Below, in pieces: positions 25,216-38,964 of a DNA stretch of 64,000 nt. The stretch comes from Saccostrea echinata. Taxonomy: Eukaryota. The translations under genes and the position numbers were made by a program. Below the pieces are notes generated by a model that saw only the letters and a list, made by a program, of their open reading frames with translations, made no database searches and was not told the origin of the DNA. The stretch's first letter is position 1, and every line of letters starts with the position of its first letter. Location: NCBI RefSeq assembly GCF_033153115.1, contig NW_026889835.1, positions 2,790,001 through 2,854,000 of the forward strand, given 5' to 3'.

Positions 25216-27959
25216 AATGCAAAATGTATATCATTGTCGTAAGTTCTGTACGAAAAAGGAAACAAATCCTGGATCATACATGTATGCTATTAAACAGAAT
25301 AACTGGATTAATTTCTCTTTTTTATAATATTAAATTAATAAGCCAAGCTTTCAGCAACTCTTTTAATAATAGCTTTAAACTGTCCTTTTTAATGAAAAAT
25401 TAAGAAAATCAGGTATTAACATGGGCGCTAATTGTTTTCTATTTCAGACAAAATATTGATTATGTTTATAATCAGAGTTTATTCCCAAAAACATAACTTT
25501 ATCTAGAAAAAATTCCCAGGATAGTTACCCATTTGGGAGCCCACTATATAAGAATCACGTGATGTAATTTACCAATCAGATCAGTTTACATTGTTTGAGT
25601 TTTCAGCGGTTGTGTTTACCTAGAGTTCCTATTTGTTCATATATACTTTCCCATACATCTTTTACTTTCGTTTTATTGGACTTATATCTGTAAATATCGG
25701 ATCTAACTGTCAAAATGTGAAGTTGGAGACTTAATATTTCATGTGCGTTATCCTGGTCAGGGAACTTGGTAAAGTTGGCAACTTGAAATCTGATACGATG
25801 GCCATGTTACATAAACTTTGATTTGACTACATACATTTGAATAACAGTTGGTATACCTAGGTTTTTTTCTGTGCTTGGAAAATTAACGTTTACTACAATG
25901 CCGCGGAGTGCAAGAAGATACTCGAAAAAAAGTGATGATGCTCGTTCTCGTAGTACAGACAGTTCCGAACAAATTAGGGCTAGTACATGTATATTAGGAT
26001 TAGATATGACGAATCCGCTGAATTGGACAGTGGCAAAACTCAGAGAAAAATTACAAGCGATGGGAATGTCTGTGCCTAAAGGTTTCAGTGTAACGGCATT
26101 AAGACAATTATATCAGGAAAATGTCAACAAAAATCAACATCACGTGACAAACCAGCTGCAAATTTCGCGGGAAGACGCGCGAGACTTGGGCGGATATGAC
26201 GTTACACAATCTAATAATTACCGTCTTCCTTGGAAGATGGTATACAGAGTTGAAGGAATCATCACTGCTGGGCGGAAGTAACGTGGTGACTGTCAACAAC
26301 AAAGGCGCCAGCGACAATCGGGAGCTGTTATCCACTTTACAGCTAATGGCAAAATCCTGTACGGCACTCCAACAAACAGTAAACACACTGCTAGAAAAAG
26401 AAAAGAACTCGGACAAAGAAAACCCGTTACAGAGACTTGTTACAAATTTGGGAATAAATTCAAGCGCAGACTCAGGAAGAGGAACCACAGGCGCAACACC
26501 TTTGTTCCTGGAACTCCAAACTCAGAACACAGGTACGCATAACACAATTAATGTAGGGGTCTCATCAAAAGACATAAGGCACATAGACCTAGTAAATCCC
26601 GAAATCAGGAAAAAAATCCTAAGAGGTGACGACATCAATTTGTGTGCGTTACTAATACCTTCATACGAAACGCAGCTACCAACATCTGACAAAGCAGACA
26701 AACAAGACAAACGCCTCTCTCGGAATCTCAGTATTAGCGAATTTGTGACTGCATTTGGGCGTTATAAGCGCATTATGTGCGCACAAAATGCATATCCTTG
26801 GAGACAGGAAGAACTAGATGGCTACTTGGCCCATATCATTGAAGTTCACAATATGTGACCATCTAAGTTTTTGAATACCATAAACTTTTTTCTACGAAGT
26901 GTGCCATATCACTGAAGCAGAACCAGGTACTCATCAACTGGAGCAAAGGGGATGACGAACTATTGAAGCGAGTTGTAGCATGTGAAGAAGTAAGCAAATG
27001 TGACACATGCAGATCAACAACTCATTCAACAGCTATGTGTGTTGAAAAAAACTAGAAGAGTACAAAGACAATTGGCAACACAGTCAAGATCGTCAAGTCA
27101 CAAACATCGTTACGACAGACAAATTATCTAAGTAGATGGCCAACCTGTATGTAAATTTCAACTACAACATATGTGCACTGCCATACTGCAGGAGAGCCCA
27201 TGTATGTGAAACCTGTTTTTCGTCTGGACATGGAAAAAATAAATGTACCAAGCAAGAGGCAGGCAAATCTGCAACATCGGAGATGAGCAAGACAAAATAA
27301 AAAAAAATAAATAAAAACTTGTGACTACCTCTAGATAACCAATCCAATGCCACTACTCCTATCAATATTGAACAATTAAAACATGAATTACAAAATCACC
27401 CTGACAAAGAATTTGTAAATTACTTAAATCATGGTCTTCAATTTGGTTTCGACATTTTTTTTCGGTGATGATTTTCATATGGATAACTCATTTGAGTGTA
27501 AAAATTTAAAATCTGCAACAGAGGATCCAACTACAGTGGATGAACTCTTAGAGAAAGAAGTACAAAAAGGTTTTGTCAAAGGTCCTTTTGACAGTGTAGA
27601 ATTCCCTACTAACAGAGTAAGTCCATTAGGTCTGGCAACAGGAAAATACTCAGGGTAAACGTTTAATTTTGGACTTATCGTCTCCTCACCAAAAGGAAGA
27701 TGTGGAAAGTATCAATGACTTGATAGACAGAGAAAAGTGTTCGCTGAAATATGTTAAAATTGATGATGCCATCAACAATATCAAAAAATTTAGAAAAAGC
27801 GCAATTTTATGTAAAACTGATATTAGTGATGCCTTCAAACTTATTAACTTATTCCAGTGACACCAGAACAGTGGCATTTGTTGTGTGTTAAATGGAGAAA
27901 TAAATATTATTTTGTTCGCTTACTGTTTGGCAGCAGAAAAGGCAACTCCAGTTCCACCA

Positions 27960-28977
27960 ATTTCCCCTATCATGTGGAACTTCAGCAAGTAGTTGACAAT
28001 TTGTGGCAAAACGCAATAACTTCCAATACAAGACATGTATACCAGCAAGGTTTTAATGCTTACAAACAATTTTTAGCTCTGTATAATGTTCAATTTGATG
28101 ACATTTTTCCACCAATTTCTCAGGACATTCTGATTTATTTTGTAGCGCATTGTCAAAACAATTTATCTCTAAAATACTCCACCATTAGATTATATTTGTG
28201 TGGCATTAGTTTTGCATACATAGAAAAGGGAATACCAAACCAATTTGAATCAAAATGTCAGTCTATGGAAAGATTAAACATGATTTTGATTGGCATAAGA
28301 AAAGTTCAATCAAATACTTGTACATCCAAAATAAGATTACCAATTACATATCAAATCTTAGACAGCATGTGTTTAGCTTTAAGAAAAGGTGCATTTGACA
28401 AACACACAAATGTTTTTTAGAAGCAATGTATGTCACAGCTTTTTATGGGTTTTTTAGATGTGGAGAACTAACAATTCAGAATTATTTTGACCCTGAATAC
28501 CATTTAACTTGTGAAGATATATTTGTAGAGAAAAGCTGCATTATAAGATATTTTTAAAGCAATCAAAAACAATGGTTTCACAAAGGTACTACAATAGCCT
28601 TACATATGAATCAAACAAATATTTGTCCTGTTAAGTCTCTGTGCCTGTACATGCAAATTCGAAATTTTAGGAATGTCTTGCCAAAAGAGTCATTTTTTGT
28701 TACAAATTGCCAATTGCCTGTAACTAGGACATATTTTATTGAATATTTGAAAAACATTCTTGAAAGAATTGGATATAATTCTAGTAAATATAATGGACAT
28801 TCATTCAGAATAGGAGCTGCAACATCAGCAGCTTCAGCAAGAATGGAAGATCACTTGATAAAGACTTTAGGAAGGTTGTCGTCAGACTGTTATAGACGAT
28901 ATATACGAACTTCGCAGGATGTTGTTAAAGACGCTCGATGTAGTTTGGCAACTAGTACTACCCTTAACAAAATATGA
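27960..28977 (+). pseudogene. Tyrosine recombinase of the DIRS/Ngaro element, frameshifted
   Basis: R...HxxR...Y signature split across ORFs 27857-28420, an intervening frame and 28606-28977. GR[W] reads GRL. Confidence 0.88.
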
Positions 28978-29414
28978 GATTATATGTGTAGAAAAACAGA
29001 AGTAACCATTTTGTAGCAATTAGTACATATTATGAATAATTCACATAGACTCTAATATGTAACACTGATGGACTGTTCTCACTTTCTGAAACAATGTTAT
29101 TATTTTCCTGTTTGTCAGTACTTTGAATATGCTAAGTAACTGTATATTCTAAAGCATGTCGTACCACAAGCAAATGAACACCTCTTTGTTATATTATCTA
29201 TCAATCCCATACTTGGGGCTTATGCAGCTGCTACTCACCTGCATAATTTGGCATGTTACTTCATGGTATGTTTACCATTCGATTTCTCCCAAGCATGGGA
29301 TATTGTACGTTTATCATTCAGCATCATTGTTGAGTACACCTGTTATGACAATTATAAAATATTGCATCCCGGGCAAGCATTGCTCTACTCATGAAGGATT
29401 ACTCTGCTCCTTAC

Positions 29415-29610
29415 ACAGGTGCTAGTGGACATAGCTCATATAGGCAAACTTGCTTTGCCGTCAACCTTCATGTATCAGGTGCTAGTGAGCATGTTTCATG
29501 AGAGTGGACATAGCTCATATAGGCAAGCATTCCTTGCTCTCAGCCTTCATGTATCAGGTGCTAGTGAGCATGTTTCATATAGGCAAGTTTCACTTGCTCT
29601 CAGCCTGTTT
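29415..29610 (+). repeat. Short tandem repeats in the 3' region of the DIRS/Ngaro element
   Basis: Three copies of CAGGTGCTAGTG...CATATAGGCAAG...TGCTCTCAGCCT with a period of about 55-75 bp. Confidence 0.8.
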
Positions 29611-30074
29611 ATCCAGTTCCACAGAGTAAGTTCTATCTTGTTTAAGTCATAACTTGAGTCTTCTTTTTCGATGCTGCTGATAAATACTTAGATCAATGTG
29701 TGTTAGATTACCTAGCTGCATGAGCCCTATAGGCAAGTTCTAGTATTAGATTAATAAAAGATGAAAACTCAGTAACTTTCTTATTGTTTTTGGGTAATAA
29801 ACGAAATGTATCAGTATTGCCTACAGTCTCTCAGAAAATGGTATTAAATTTAATTTAAATTGAATACAGCGATTGGATTTAATTTTGACATGATATCAAA
29901 TTGAATACCTTGAAAATATTTCATTTTCTACATAATTCTGTTATAGCCAGTCGCGCGCGTGACGCAGTGGTAAGAGCATCTGCTTCGCTGTTTATAAAGC
30001 GTAAACTGCCCCAACCCAGGTTATACCAGTATAACTTGTGTAGCTATTAAATTCATTCCTTAAATAACGCAGAA

Positions 30075-30897
30075 AAAAGCGTTATAACGCAAAGTGAAAA
30101 GGCGTTATTACGCCTTAGAAAATAATGTTATTCCGCCTCTTGAAAAGGCGTTATAACCCGAAATGGAAGGCGTTAATATGCCTTTTGAAAAGGCGTTATA
30201 ACGCCTTTCAAAAAGGCGTTTTTACGCAATATGAAACATCTGTGGCATCAACGAGGAGCTAAGTTGGTTGCACACTGAAAACATATTACACATTTGAAAA
30301 TCTTTCTTCCTGGATAGCTAGCTGGAAACTGATTGGATTATAGTTATGAACAATTAGTCCTATATCAAAATTCTGATATTAATTCATGTTCCATAGATAA
30401 AGGTAAGTACCCGAGGGTGTGGCTAAGATGGTCAAATATTGAAAATACATGTACATCTTTGAAAAATCTTCTTTACTTAGGTCAATCAGCAGGAAAACTG
30501 TTTGCCTGATCTAAATGGGTGCTCATCTCCCTTACAAAATGAAGACATTCATGTTAATACAAACACCCGATTAGGTAATGTTAGTCACAGATGGAAATTC
30601 ATACACTCTTGAAATTGAGATTAAAACTTGGACATGCAAGATGTTTGTATGCATGATGTCAAAATCGACGAGTCCTGAAGCAATGAAGCAAAAGCCTTTT
30701 GATGCACAGGATTACACCTTTTTAAAATCCCTAATACTCCTTGTGATAAAGCGTTATTACGCCTTTCAATTTTTTTAAAGGCGTGATAACCCTTCTTTTG
30801 CGTTGGCATACATTTTCACTTCATGTTATCGTTTTTCTTGATAATACGCCTTTCCGTTTTGCGTTATCCGCTAGATTGATCCTAATAGGCTTCCGTA
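30075..30897. repeat. Arrays of 21-22-bp palindromic units (AAAGGCGTTATAACGCCTTT), interrupted by another repeat fragment
   Basis: Units at 30075-30232 and 30745-30870; perfect 20-bp palindrome at 30189-30208; ends ...GGCTTCCGTA. Confidence 0.75.
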
Positions 30898-31849
30898 ATG
30901 ACTAAACTGGCGAACATAGTGTGGTAAGATTTTTACCAAGTTAAAGATATCAATAAGAAAAGAACATATCACATAGGTAACCTTCATTGACAGACGTTTT
31001 ATACGATCAGTGAACATTTAAAAATGTGTACAATACACAAAGGACGGTCGTTAATGCGGCATTAGGCTTTACAAATCTGTGATCCTTTTTTTAGCGTGAA
31101 GCTTAATTATTTGTAATTTTTTCACAAAAATTCTTACAAAAATTTTTTTGTGCAAATTTGTTGTTACTAAAGCTTCGAATAATGTTTAAAAACATGAGCT
31201 GAAAAACAAATACATGTTGAATTGCTGAATCTATTTGACTCACCCTACAATATGTAGTAGATAAGTATCTCGGTGAAGAACTTTAGATCTAATCGAGTGT
31301 CGAATTTCTTCTTCAAACAAAAATTGTGCATTCAAGCAGGTTTTTATCATGTGACCTACTACCTTCAGTAGATAAGTAATCTCCACTGCACTTTACACTA
31401 CCCTGTGTTGTTGGTTACTAATCGTGTAATAGTCTGCATGTCATCTTGAAATTGCACATCTAGTAAGCACTTGTTACATGGAACAAACTGCAGGTATAAG
31501 TCAGCTGATTGCCTCCTTTAGTTTTTTCCATTCAAAGCATTAGTAAAGGGTCTCATGTGAAATATAGAAAAAAATTACTTTTAAAGTACAGGCCCATAGC
31601 AACGGTTCCAAAACCGGGGGGGGGGGGGCAAATCCCCCCCCCCCCCAAAAAAAATCTGACAAGCAGAAAAAGTCTAAACTGTCCAAATCCAGAAATTTGT
31701 CAGTGCTTGACCTTACAGCAAAAAAGTGTGGGGGGAGCATCTAAATGAAAATTTACTATAGCAGAATGCTATACTCAGAAAAAAAGCCCCCCCCCCCCCG
31801 TTCTACTGGCCTGAAGTTACATATTTGTATTTGTTTATTAACACAACTT

Positions 31850-32000
31850 GTGTCGTAAGTATTATTTAGAGAACGATCGAGACGGGTTCTCTATCGTAGT
31901 TACAATTTTGGGGTGGACGAGTGCGTAGAACGAGTCTCTACCCCAAATTTGTATCTACGATAGAGAATTTATCGAGTTCTCTAAATAATTTGTGACACGG
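31850..32000. mobile_element. Imperfect long hairpin, probably the terminus of a non-autonomous element
   Basis: GTGTCG..ATTATTTAGAGAAC...TTCTCTATCGTAG..ACAATTTTGGGGT pairs with ACCCCAAATTTGT..CTACGATAGAGAA...GTTCTCTAAATAAT..GACAC. Confidence 0.65.
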
Positions 32001-32782
32001 TTCTATCACAATATTGAGCCCTAAGCACCTAATACTTTTGGCTGAGCAGCAACGGCAGTATCTGCGGACAACGTAAGATCCAGACACGTTGACTTGAGCT
32101 CCCTCAATTTCTCAACGAATAAGGTGAACGCCTTGTTTATGACACTTTGGAATTGTTCATGATGTATTTGAACACTCTATTACAGACAACTGGGACTGCG
32201 ATGCAACTGAGACGGCAGACGGCAAATTGTTTTTTGCTATGACAGGTAGGTGTTTTATTTATCATATTTTTGAGTATTTATAACATTCATTTACTAACAT
32301 ACGGTCGTTTCCCATGTTGATCATAAACTACTATATTAAATATAATGCATTGTATATAATAATAAAATAACTGAATTTAAAGCTATGTTTTCTTACCAAA
32401 ACAAAATAGAAAGAGGATAAAGTAAACTTTTAACCGTCGTTCAAGAATTTGATCAAACTGTGCTTATAACTGCTACTCCACGGTAACATTTCTTATTGTG
32501 TATACAGATGTAATAAATATAGGCTCTTTTCGATCTAACTGCAAAATGTCAAAAATGTCAATAGTCTTTATTGTTTAATAAGTGTGCTGCGATTGCTTGG
32601 TTTTGGTAGGTAAACATTTTTTTTTGGCTGTCTTGAACAGCAGGATGGATGGCAAACACTGACGACAGATGATGGAATCGGTAACAAATTTATTTTAATT
32701 CAGTTTTCGATGTTCTCATCACCAAAATGTCGAGTTCTAATTAGCAACAATATATTTTTGGAAGGATAATTATAGTTTTTAA

Positions 32783-33175
32783 AAGGCCCATGGGCCACAT
32801 CGCTCACTTCAGTTAATATGACCCTGCTGTTCTCCAGCAGATTTCCCTCCTATATATTCCTATGTAAAACTTAGTTCAAATATTGTGGCCCAAACCTACA
32901 TGTACCCCCCGGGGTCATGAATTGAACAAATTTAATTTACACTCCCTTTATAGGATGCCTCCACATAAACTTGGCTAATCATGGCTTTGTTGTTCATGAA
33001 TAGCTTTTAAAAGAAATTTTCCTATATATCCCTACGTAAAACTTTGATCGCTCGTTGAGGCCCTACACTACCCTACCTTACCCTGAGGATCATGATTTGA
33101 ACAAACTTGAACCTACACTTCCTGAAAAGGCTTCCTGTATCGATGAATATGAATTATGTTCTTGGGGAGATAATT
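32783..33175. mobile_element. HINE/satellite-carrying element fragment
   Basis: GGCCCATGGGCCACATCGCTCAC end, then approximately 165-bp monomers containing GGGGTCATGA(A/T)TTGAACAAA. Same family as 36140-36741 and 59090-59240. Confidence 0.65.
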
Positions 33176-34309
33176 TTTATTTCTATACTTTCATGTTAAA
33201 TACTAAAATCTGATTGGTTTAGACGCATTTAACAATTTGTAATGTTACCCTCAGCATTAGCAACACACTTGAAAACGGGTAACACAACGATAGTGTCACA
33301 TGCTAGTTAATTATGCGCGTACGGTCTCAAACGCGTTTGAAAGAAGCCGAATAAACTTGACATCAATCTAAGCTTGCGTCTGATGTAGATTGATTGAAAA
33401 CAACAAACTACAGACGAAAAATGCTTGCAAGAACAGAAATAACGAAACTTTAGATGACAAGTAAAATTGATGCAAAGCATCAAATCGGCCGCAAACAAAA
33501 TTTAGCATTTCAAAAAGTACTTTCACAATTAAGTATCTAAAGAAAGCACAAGATATTCAAAGCTTAAAGAGTGATCATTTTTATTTCCGACTGTCTTTAA
33601 AGCTAAATAAATAAATAAATAAATTATTAAAAATAAAATAAAAATCAATAGAAATTTTAGTGCATTTGTTCATCAAATTGATTTATATTGATGTAATTAA
33701 GTCAGTGATAAATGACAAGCATATTTATTGTCATCAAAATAAAGATGTAGGCCTGTTTATATTCAGATCTCAAGATGGCCCACTTGCTGATACTCTGGAT
33801 CTTTGTCACGTGATGATACGGTACCGATGATTTCTGAAGAATACTATGCTGCACGGCGCGGTGCAAAATTTGGAAAAAATAATCTTTATGTCAATCGCAG
33901 CTGTGGAATATTAAAAACAATTTTTACTAGTTGAACAACTTTTCAATTTTTTTTTCATCATGCTCTTTAACCACGCAATTATTATCCGAAAAATTATGAC
34001 GATTTGCGTTCATATCTTACACAATCCCAGGCTAGGGAGTACCTAATTATTGTAAACTCTTTTTATATAATCATAAATTAATAATTATCTGACGACAAAT
34101 GAAAATAAAATTGATACATAATAACAACAATTAAGACTTAATTTAAAGCAAGTTTTTGAAATATTTTACTCGTGATTTTATACATGTTATCATTAAAGAA
34201 TTAATTGACTGAACTAATAAAGAAATAACGTCTCATTTCCCCATGTGCACTTTCTAACACAACCACAAATAGATCGGCCGCTGCTGCGGCCGATAATAAA
34301 TGACACTCT

Positions 34310-35844
34310 TGGCCGGTTGCGTATCTCGGATTTAAACCTCCGATCAATGATTCCAGGTTTAAATCCAAGTTTACACGTTGCACACAGGTAAAGCTTGGCT
34401 GAGTACAGCTCAGAATTACGGTAAATTCTGAACCTGTTATAGGGGTGGTTTAAACCCAGCTTGATATCGTTTCCATGGATTTTTGGTAGAATATATTGAT
34501 ATTTTGAACTGTTTTGATGTTCCAGAAATGTTTTATGGTGACGATGATTGTATTGAAAGATTTCGCCATATTAAAAAGGCTATTCTACAAGAAATATTTT
34601 ATGGTCATATTGAAGATTTTTTTTTGGCACATTTCTTCAATGTGTCGTTTTAAATAACACTGATGCAGCTGAAGTCTAAAGTTACTGGAAATTTTTAAAT
34701 GGGAATTTATTCGGGTACACAAATGTAAAATAACAAAAAAAGTTATATAAACTTTCTCATATACCAAATTTAAATCAAACTACGAATTTCACACTTTCAA
34801 ACAATGCAAACAGCTGATGATACACATTCCAATAGTTTCTAATAATGCCGAACCGAATTTCTTAGAAATTAAAAGTTTATTTTTTATCATTGTGTAGGCT
34901 ATCCACATGGCCGTAGGACCGGGGGGGGGGGGGGGGGGGCTGCCCAGCCTTAATAATTTTGCCGATATATAGAATACTCTAGAAAATATAGCTAATGTAT
35001 GATTGTGCCTTCTCAATAATAACGTATGATGACGTTTTGTTTGTTTTTTAATTTGCCTGTCAAGGATATTTGAATTGTGCCCCACTACTAAAAATGTTTG
35101 GCTGTGCCCCCCCCCCCCCCAACTGAAAATGCTTACGGCCTGATCCTTGAGAACATGACAACAAACTCACATTTATCAATACTTGTACCGAATTGAGTGT
35201 TTCACTGGATTGCTGGCTATATGAATAATGCCCAAATAATCTCTTTGTTATATTAGTTGTATATCAAACTAAACATTCTAAACAACTAAGTACTAATGGC
35301 TTGATATCTACAGAAAAGGTATCATTTGATATTAAATTGAAAATTTGAATATATACATTGTTCCTACCTCTGTCTTAAGTTTTGGCATTGTTTCTATTGT
35401 TACTTATTCCAAAGACCCCCTCCCAGTTTTTCCTCTCTTCAGTCTTTTGGAAAAGCTGTATTATGCTTGCCATTTCATATTTTCTTATGGTTTTAGTTTC
35501 GATGACAGATCCTGTGGTTTGAATTAAATTGTATTGCAGTTTTTTATGCATTTTAATTAACAATTTACCATCAATATATATCTTTGTTTTTAAATATATC
35601 CTTTCGAGATTCAACCAGATTTATCAAAAAATGTTTGAAGAGCTGTAAAATTAGGAAACTTACTAGCCTTCAACAGTTTAATTTGAGTAAGTCAAGATTA
35701 GGTAAGCCTTACTCAGTTTTATAGCGTGCAACAGAAGTACGTCTCAAGTAAACCCGACTCAGCTGGGGTTTAAACCCGGCTTACGTGATCCGCGGATCAG
35801 CGGCTGAGCTGTACTTATCTGAGCCATAGGTACGCAACCGGCCA
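34310..35844. mobile_element. Non-autonomous DNA transposon, PIF/Harbinger-like
   Basis: TIRs TGGCCGGTTGCGTA / TACGCAACCGGCCA, 3-bp TSD TCT on both sides, subterminal GGTTTAAACCC motifs at both ends. Confidence 0.7.
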
Positions 35845-36139
35845 TCTGAGTATCAAATAATCAATAATTTTTATAAAGAGGTTGGTAAATCTTTTTCGAA
35901 GATTTCTTATTGAGAGAAACAGAAGCAAGCATGGAGTTTGAAAGCTTTCTAAACGTGAACTTAACGACGATCTCTGAATTTATCCTAGATCAATGCGACA
36001 TTAAGTATAATAAAATAAATAGTGCATGTTTTGAGGTTAACAGTTGAAATTAACACCCCAAAGAAAAACCATTGTCAACCGACGCATCACCATTTTGTCA
36101 ATGGTTTTTCGAGAGATGTCATTTTATATACTGTTCTTA

Positions 36140-36741
36140 TATATTCCTATGTAAAAAAATTGATCGCCAATTGTGGCCAAATCCTTCTCCTGGGGTCATG
36201 ATTTGAACAAACTTGAATCATCACTATCTGAGGATGCTTCCACATCAATATGACTTATCATAGCTTTGCTGTTCTTGAAAAGAAGATTTCTATTGATTTT
36301 TCCTTTATATTCGTAAAAAATTGATTGCCCATTGGAGCCCCACCCTATCCCCGGGGGCCATGATTTGAACACATTTGAATCTGCTCTACATGAGGATGCT
36401 TCCATATAAATATGAATGATCATGACTTCGCTGTTCTTGAGAAGAGGATCTCGCATTCATTTTTTCTGGCCCAGTGATTTTTGAGATTTTTAAAAATGCT
36501 ATTAAATTTTCAATTTTTAATTATCTCCCCTTGAAAGAGGATTTACCCTTTATTTGAATAAACTAGAGTTCCCTTCACACAAGGATGCTTTGTGGCAAGT
36601 GTGGTTAAAATTGGCTCAGTGGTTCTTGAGAACAGGTCAAATATGTGAAAAGTTTACAGAGGACATATTTTACACGACAGACTGACGCCTGACATCCTTT
36701 GATAGATAAGCTCACTTGATGCCATGCTCAAGTGAACTAAG
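36140..36741. mobile_element. HINE/satellite-carrying element fragment
   Basis: Approximately 165-bp monomers (CATGATTTGAACA..TTGAATC...GAGGATGCTTCCA), then terminal palindrome AGCTCACTTGA...TCAAGTGAACTAA. Confidence 0.65.
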
Positions 36742-37167
36742 AATACCTGTTATTCTGACTTTAGTAAAAGTTTTTAAATAACTTTCAGACTTTTATTTTT
36801 GTGAATAATACTTAACACAATTTTAATTTTTCATATAGCAATTATGTTTTTAAAATTACCTAGCTCATTAGTATCGTTTTGATATATTTTTCATAAAATC
36901 ACCATGGGGTTATGCTTTGCATGATGCAAGGATAGCTCTCGTTTCCGACAGTCCTTGCCTATGATAGTTTATTTTGTACATGTAGACATTATCTTTATAC
37001 TTTTGTGGATAATCGATGAGCTCATTTAAAAATATTTTGTCAAAAGATATTATAATATTGCGCATGAGAGGGCCACCCGGAATCAAACATATATAGCATT
37101 CATTTCACCAGATAAGTAAGCATGTTTAATCATAACCATTCAGCTTAAATTATATATTTGTGAATGG

Positions 37168-37307
37168 NNNNNNNNNNNNNNNNNNNNNNNNNNNNNNNNN
37201 NNNNNNNNNNNNNNNNNNNNNNNNNNNNNNNNNNNNNNNNNNNNNNNNNNNNNNNNNNNNNNNNNNNNNNNNNNNNNNNNNNNNNNNNNNNNNNNNNNNN
37301 NNNNNNN
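37168..37307. other. Assembly gap
   Basis: Run of N. Confidence 1.
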
Positions 37308-38265
37308 ATATATCATTCTGATTCTACACACAAGTACTCTGAAGTTGATATTAAAAGGATGCTGGAGCTCCTCATTGACATTTATGTACATGTAGTCTTC
37401 GGAGACCAGGTCATCCAACAAACTGTTCGAATTTTGATGGGTACTAATTGTGCTCCTTTATAAACCTACCTGTTTTTATATTTCTATGAACTAGTATGGA
37501 GCAGAATAATTTATTCAACAACTTTACATGAGAAGCAGAAAACACTTGCTGTGGCCTTCAACTCGACATTTAGATATATCGACGACGTATTTTCAATTTA
37601 CAATAGTTACTTCCATTCATATGTAGATTCGATATTTCCCAGGGAACTTGAAATAAAAGACACCACAGAGTCTGCCACATCTGTTTCAAATGGATGTTTT
37701 ACTGACTACAGACGATAAGGGCCAACTAAAAACTAAATTGTATGGCAACTGAGCTTTTTCATCGTCAGCTTTCCTTATTTATGTAGTAATATCGCGCTAT
37801 CATCCGCATATGGTGTTTTCATCTCCCAACTTATTCGATACTCAAGAGCATGCCCCGAGTACGATCAATTTTTGTACCGAGGGAGGCTACTGACAGATAA
37901 GTTGGTGTTACAAGGATTTCAATAACCTCGTTTAAAGTCAGCATTTCGTAAATTCAGTGGTTGTTATAATGACCTTGTTAGCACATATAACCTATGGCTG
38001 GATCGTATTTCGGCTGACATGTGTCATACTAATTGTTAGGCCTTTGTTTTTTTTATATACTGAATTTGACTACAGAATATTTTGTCTACCTGATCAATAC
38101 ATAGGGCTCACAGTGAGTTTGACCGGTCAACAGGGGATGCTAACTGCTCCTAGGCGTCTGATCCCACCTCTGACATTCCAGGGATCTGTGTTCTATGCCC
38201 TTTTCACAGACTTGTATCCTTTATAGATTTTTGGGAGATGGATCTCTGTTCGTTATTTCACCTTT
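37308..38265 (+). mobile_element. Decayed Penelope-like retroelement (RT core and C-terminus, no downstream endonuclease seen)
   Basis: MLELLIDIYVHVVFGDQVIQQTVRILMGTNCAPL, FNSTFRYIDDVFSI, IFPRELEIKDTTES, SAYGVFISQLIRYSRAC. Tail shared with 12300-12965. Confidence 0.8.
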
Positions 38266-38964
38266 CTCACATGGTGACAATATGTGCCTAACATCGCTGC
38301 ACATACAATGTATTGTCGTCCCATAATAAGGGTTGCTTACGGATTTTGTTGTCTCGTAGGCCATTTCATGCAGCGATTGTGAAGGTAAATATTGTCGTCC
38401 TGTATATATTGTCGCCGGCGACAACGTGTACGGGTACCTACCCTCATTGCAAATATTGACGTCCATCAGTACATATTGTCGCAGACTGCAAAATTATACA
38501 CGTACATATTGCGCTGACGACAGTATGTCTACTCTCACTGCATATAGTGTTGTTCCATTATTAGAGTTACAGTAATATGAATGGTGGTGGTGATGATGAT
38601 ATCGAAATTTATATATTCAATTTTCATGAGTTCGCTTATTTGACATTTTTTCAACTCCAGAGAAGCAGCGGCAGTGAACACTACACTTAATAAACACGTG
38701 TATAAGTAATACTGTGGAGAGGATAATAGTGCAAATAACTTGATAATATAAATTCATTTAAAAAAAGACCAGGATTCTCTCTCTCTCTCTCTCTCTGAAA
38801 CTTCAAACACCTGCTATCTGTTACAAAATAACTTTCATCACTTTCGGCTCAGTTATATCCAGTGCATTAATAAATTTTAAAGTAGGACTGAAGAGGCGCA
38901 TAAACAATATATATATTACTTCTATAGCAACAGAATATCTACTCCTTACAAATAAAAATTTTAC

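Larger units (their letters stand above)
25871..29640 (+). mobile_element. Decayed DIRS/Ngaro-type tyrosine-recombinase retrotransposon (gag, truncated RT, YR)
   Basis: Gag-like region 25871-27300 (NPLNWTVAKLREKL; LSISEFVTAFGRYK; CDTCRSTTHSTAMC; C-terminal Cys/His finger). RT N-terminal half (RVSPLGL, LDLSSPH, SINDLI, KTDISDAFKLI). YR 27960-28977 (GFFRCGEL, GHSFRIGAAT, IKTLGRLSSDCYRRYIR). Multiple stops and frameshifts; termini not resolved. Confidence 0.9.

Noticed and set aside
25661-25674. ISRE-like motif TTTACTTTCGTTTT as a regulator of copy A
   Set aside because: Short AT-rich match, probably inside the retroelement leader, and the transcription start is unknown.
28606-28977. Phage integrase or bacterial contamination
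   Set aside because: It follows gag and RT remnants in the same orientation, so it is the YR of a DIRS-group retroelement.
29948-29990. tRNA gene (GTGACGCAGTGGTAAGAGC resembles an A box)
   Set aside because: No B box or cloverleaf follows. At most a SINE head remnant; the same applies to the lone GGTTCAAATCCC near 9750.
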